NCBI GenBank assembly: GCA_965368975.1
Contig: CBDUPA010000002.1
Span: 256,001 to 320,000 of the forward strand
From: an uncultured bacterium
GTDB taxonomy: Bacteria; Acidobacteriota; Thermoanaerobaculia; Multivoradales; JAHZIX01
Direction of reading: 5' to 3'
DNA: 64,000 nt
In this document: positions 60,363 to 64,000 of the stretch, one piece after another
Numbering within the stretch: position 1 is the stretch's first letter
Layout: every line of letters begins with the position of its first letter
Notes under the pieces: generated by a model
Seen by the model: only the letters and a program-made list of their open reading frames with translations
What the model was told of the DNA's origin: nothing
Databases searched by the model: none
Position numbers and translations under genes: made by a program

Positions 60363-61675
60363 CAGATCTGCTCCAGAGCGACTTCCAGATCGCGCAGGAT
60401 GTCTTCCGGTTGTTCGAGACCGAGCGACAGTCGAATGCCGCCGGGATCGATACCCGCCTCGACCTGCTTGTCGGCCGGTACGGTGGCATGGGTCATGGAT
60501 GCCGGGTGTTCGACCAGCGTGCGTATCTGGCCCAGCGACACCGCCAGCGTGATCGTCAACGCATTCGTGGCCAGGTAGTCCATGACCTGAGCACCACGCT
60601 GCTTGGCTTGCTCGCCACCATGCGGAGTATCGTCACCGCGCAGCGTGAAAAAGATCATGATGCCGGGGGCGAAGTTGCCGTCGAAGTCACGCATCTGGCG
60701 CTGCGCCACCTCGTACTGCGGATGGCTCGGCAGCCCCGGATAGAAGACACGCTCGACCTTCGGGTGGGCTTCCAGGTATTGGGCGACCGTCAGCGCGGAC
60801 TCTTGCTGTTGGCGTGCGCGCAGCGGCAGAGTCGGCAGGCCGTAGACCAGGGCCGGCCAGGCCGCTTTGGGCGACAGCACGCCGCCGAAGTCCTTGCGGT
60901 AGAGCAGCAGGTCCGGCTCCAGCAAGCGCGGTCCGATCACCGCACCCCCCATATCGGTACCGAAGCCACCGATGTTCTTGGTCAGGCTGTGGACGACGAT
61001 GTCGATCCCCAGCTCCAGCGGTCGCTGGCAAAAGGGCGTCGCGAAGGTGTTGTCGATGATCGTGAAGACCAGCCGGCGTGGCGGGCGTGTGGCGTTGTGC
61101 TCGGCCACCAGGTCGGCGATCGCCTTCAGATCGAGCAGTTCCAGACTGGGATTGCACGGGCTCTCGCCATACACCGCCATGATGTCGGGCTGTTCGTCGA
61201 GCAGGCGGCGCAGGTTGTCTGGATCGGTGAGGTCCGTGAACAGGACCTCGATACCCAGACGCGGGTACCAGTTGGTGAACAGCGAGTACGTGCAGCCATA
61301 GACCGTCTTGTGGGCGACAACCTTGTCGCCGGTCTTCAGCAAGACCCCCAAAGCCGCGGAAATCGCCGCCATACCGGTGGCGAACGTCACGCAGCACTCA
61401 CCGCCCTCGGCTGCCTCCAGGTTCTCTTCGAGCATGCCGCGACTCGGTTCGTCGAGCCGGTCGTAGATGTAGATCGGCGATTGCTGCTCGCGATTGAACT
61501 CGGGGTTGGCGAATTCGAGAAAGCCTTCTGCACCACGTGCGGTGCTCTCGAGACGGTAGGACGTCGAGGCACTGACCGGCGGGATGATGTGATCTTTGTA
61601 GTTCCAGTGAGGGCTCATCATCTTGCCGTGGATGAGTCGCGTGCGTAGGTGGTACTCCGGACGTTCCTTGCTCAT
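60362..61675 (-). CDS. Methionine gamma-lyase-like PLP enzyme (Cys/Met metabolism family)
   Basis: T..IHG, FATGMAAI, VYGCT, ESPCNP, DNTFATP, HSLTK, AVSLG, EHPASMTH, IRLSLGLE. Confidence 0.88.
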   Translation of the reverse strand: MSKERPEYHLRTRLIHGKMMSPHWNYKDHIIPPVSASTSYRLESTARGAEGFLEFANPEFNREQQSPIYIYDRLDEPSRGMLEENLEAAEGGECCVTFATGMAAISAALGVLLKTGDKVVAHKTVYGCTYSLFTNWYPRLGIEVLFTDLTDPDNLRRLLDEQPDIMAVYGESPCNPSLELLDLKAIADLVAEHNATRPPRRLVFTIIDNTFATPFCQRPLELGIDIVVHSLTKNIGGFGTDMGGAVIGPRLLEPDLLLYRKDFGGVLSPKAAWPALVYGLPTLPLRARQQQESALTVAQYLEAHPKVERVFYPGLPSHPQYEVAQRQMRDFDGNFAPGIMIFFTLRGDDTPHGGEQAKQRGAQVMDYLATNALTITLAVSLGQIRTLVEHPASMTHATVPADKQVEAGIDPGGIRLSLGLEQPEDILRDLEVALEQI

Positions 61676-61898
61676 TCGAACTGGGCTCCTAGCGGGTGTT
61701 CCGGCTTTCAAAATCAGGGGATATCGGGACGCCACCGCGCACCGCGCGGTTGCACAAGCAGTATAGCCGGCAAAGAGAATGCAGAAGTTGAAGTTCTACA
61801 CGATTTTGGTTGCGCTGACGAAGCCGAGCGCGCTACACTTCTATCGGAAGATACATCTTCACTTTCCTCAGGACTGTACTTTTTGGAGGTAAGGGCCC

Positions 61899-62351
61899 GT
61901 GACTAACGCAAATGCACAACCTACGAGCGGCGCGCAAGCAGAGGGAGATAATCCCGAAGCGGCTTCCAGGCTAAATTTCGTACACATAGGCCAGGCATTG
62001 CGATGGCTCCGCAATCAACGCAGCCAAAAGCAACGAGAGGTAGCTTTGACCGCTGGCATCACACCCGCGATGTTGAGCGCCTATGAAACCGGCAAGCACC
62101 GCCCGAGCCTCGATACCGTTGACCGACTCCTGGGCGCGCTGCGCTGTGATGTCTACGATCTCACGCACGCCCTGCACACCGTTTCAGGCGCGGTGCTGGG
62201 CCGCCAGAGTCCGGTACCGCCATTGATGCACGGCGACGGACGGGCACTCGACGCAGCCGGTGCCATCGAGCTGGAAGCCAGCGAACAGGAAATGCTCGCT
62301 TCTCTGATGCCGGCGCTGGTACAGGTACTGCGCTACGTCCGTAGGACCTGA
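61899..62351 (+). CDS. XRE-family helix-turn-helix regulator
   Basis: IGQALRWLR...QREVA..AGIT..MLSAYETGK..PSL.T..RL; SD GGAGG before GTG. Confidence 0.85.
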   Translation: MTNANAQPTSGAQAEGDNPEAASRLNFVHIGQALRWLRNQRSQKQREVALTAGITPAMLSAYETGKHRPSLDTVDRLLGALRCDVYDLTHALHTVSGAVLGRQSPVPPLMHGDGRALDAAGAIELEASEQEMLASLMPALVQVLRYVRRT

Positions 62352-62403
62352 ACCCTCAGGTCGTCCGATCCGCCATGCTTCTCTGGAGAAGCGTAGCGGA
62401 AGG

Positions 62404-64000
62404 TCAATCCGCTACGGTCTCGCGCACGACCTCTTCGATGGTCGTCAGACCGGCGCGGATCTTGTGCATACCGCTACCCCGCAGCGTGACCATGCCGAGT
62501 TCGACCGCTCGCTGCCGCAGCTCGTAGGAGCTGCCACCGGAGAGAATCATCTCGCGCAGATCGTCGCCGATGTCCATGACCTCATAGAGACCGACACGGC
62601 CCTTGTAGCCAGTGCTGTTGCAGCGGTCGCAACCACGGCCACGGAACAGCTTGAGCTTCTTGGCTTCCTGCTCGCGAAAGCCGACGTTGATCAGAGCCGT
62701 CGGCGGCGCGTCCACCGGTTCTTTGCAGAAGGTGCAGATGCGGCGTACGAGACGCTGGGCGACCACCAAGTGCACCGAGGTCGCGACCAGGAAGGGCTCG
62801 ATACCCATGTTCATCAAGCGGCTGATCGCCGAGGGGGCGTCGTTGGTGTGCAGGGTGGAGAGCACGAGGTGACCGGTCATGGCAGCCTTGATCGCCACCT
62901 CGGCGGTTTCGAAGTCGCGGATCTCACCCACCAGCACGATGTTCGGGTCCTGACGTAGGAAGGAGCGCAGCGTCGCCGCAAAGTTGAGGCCGATCTGCTC
63001 CTTCATCTGCACCTGGTTGATGCCCGCGAGGTTGAACTCGACCGGATCCTCGGCGGTCATGATGTTGACCTCCGGGGTGTTGATGCGCTGCATCGCCGAG
63101 TACAGGGTGTTGGTCTTGCCGGACCCCGTCGGCCCGGTGACCAGCACCATGCCGTACGGCTGCAGCACCGCCTGCTCGAACTTGCGCAGGGACTCCGGCT
63201 CGAAGCCGAGCTTGGTCAGGTCGAGCATCAGCTTGTCTTTGTCCAGCAGCCGCATGACGATCTTCTCGCCGAACAGAGTCGGCAGGATCGAGACGCGGTA
63301 GTCGAGATCCTTGCGCTTGCCAGAGATGCGCGTGCGGATCTTGATACGGCCGTCCTGCGGCAGGCGCTTCTCGGCGATGTCCAGCTTGGCCATGATCTTC
63401 AAGCGGCTGGTGATCGCTTCACGCAGCTTCATCGGCGGCTGCATGACCTCGTAGAGGATGCCGTCGATGCGGTAGCGGCAACGGAACTCTTTTTCGTACG
63501 GCTCGATATGAATATCGGAGGCGCCGCGCTTGATGGCGTCGGTGAGGATCAAGTTCACCAGCTTGACGACCGGCGCGGTCTCGGACTCGTCTTCGAGGGT
63601 CGAGAGATCGAGCTCCTCGTCCTCTTCCAACACCTCGAGGTCGGCATCGGCCTCGTCGGCCAGATCGTCCATGACCTTCTTCAACTCGACCGCGTGGGTC
63701 GAGCCGTAGTACTTGTCGATCGACATGCGTAGCGCCGTCTCGGACGCCAGCACCGGTTGCACCTGGTAGCCGGTCATGAACTTGATGTCGTCCATGGCGA
63801 ACACGTTGCTGGGGTCGATCATCGCCAGGGTGACCTTGGCGCCGGCCTTCGACACCGGAACCACCGTGTACTTGCGAGCGATGTCCGCCGGGATGATCTT
63901 GATCACACCCTCGTCGAGATCCATGTTGGCGAGATCGACCGACGGCACGCCGAAGTGCTTGGAAAGGAACTGCACCAGGTTGGGCTCATCCAGGAAACCC
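62404..64000 (-). CDS. pilB: Type IV-A pilus assembly ATPase, 3' part (start lies beyond right edge)
   Basis: ASDIHIEP, LDIAEKRLPQDGR, GPTGSGKT, AEDPVE, LRQDP, GEIRD, STLHTND, CxxC..CxxC zinc motif; open to the window edge. Confidence 0.95.
   Translation of the reverse strand, partial: GFLDEPNLVQFLSKHFGVPSVDLANMDLDEGVIKIIPADIARKYTVVPVSKAGAKVTLAMIDPSNVFAMDDIKFMTGYQVQPVLASETALRMSIDKYYGSTHAVELKKVMDDLADEADADLEVLEEDEELDLSTLEDESETAPVVKLVNLILTDAIKRGASDIHIEPYEKEFRCRYRIDGILYEVMQPPMKLREAITSRLKIMAKLDIAEKRLPQDGRIKIRTRISGKRKDLDYRVSILPTLFGEKIVMRLLDKDKLMLDLTKLGFEPESLRKFEQAVLQPYGMVLVTGPTGSGKTNTLYSAMQRINTPEVNIMTAEDPVEFNLAGINQVQMKEQIGLNFAATLRSFLRQDPNIVLVGEIRDFETAEVAIKAAMTGHLVLSTLHTNDAPSAISRLMNMGIEPFLVATSVHLVVAQRLVRRICTFCKEPVDAPPTALINVGFREQEAKKLKLFRGRGCDRCNSTGYKGRVGLYEVMDIGDDLREMILSGGSSYELRQRAVELGMVTLRGSGMHKIRAGLTTIEEVVRETVAD

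Overview
This is a GC-rich, densely coding bacterial chromosome segment of about 54 genes. Gene content (Kdo/LPS genes, ELWxxDGT-repeat protein, tricorn protease, split pntA, PilB) suggests a diderm such as Acidobacteriota/Thermoanaerobaculia, but that is inference only. Most genes are housekeeping: pntAA-AB-B, kdsB-pyrG-kdsA-kdsD-kdsC, gap, a Fur/TonB-receptor/Fe(III) ABC operon with two Fur-box-like palindromes, rpiB-glyA, divergent fadI/fadJ, maeB, kynureninase-pyrE, pbpC, sppA, idi, FKBP, a DEAD/DEAH helicase, S1/P1 nuclease, methionine gamma-lyase and partial pilB. There are also two VapBC toxin-antitoxin modules and two AT-richer islets. I saw no rRNA, tRNA, CRISPR array, integrase or transposase. 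The best novelty candidates are: (1) a translationally coupled three-gene operon (50403->46735, minus strand) encoding a tandem ATP-grasp/phosphohistidine protein, a membrane protein with a GAF-like domain and a nucleoside-deoxyribosyltransferase-like (DUF4406-like) protein; (2) a GAPDH paralogue lacking the catalytic Cys and phosphate-site residues, coupled to the canonical gap; (3) a YyaL/SPATA20-aldo-keto reductase fusion; (4) repeated -10 hexamers 6-7 nt upstream of start codons, suggesting widespread leaderless mRNAs. All calls come from motif recognition by eye; no searches were run.
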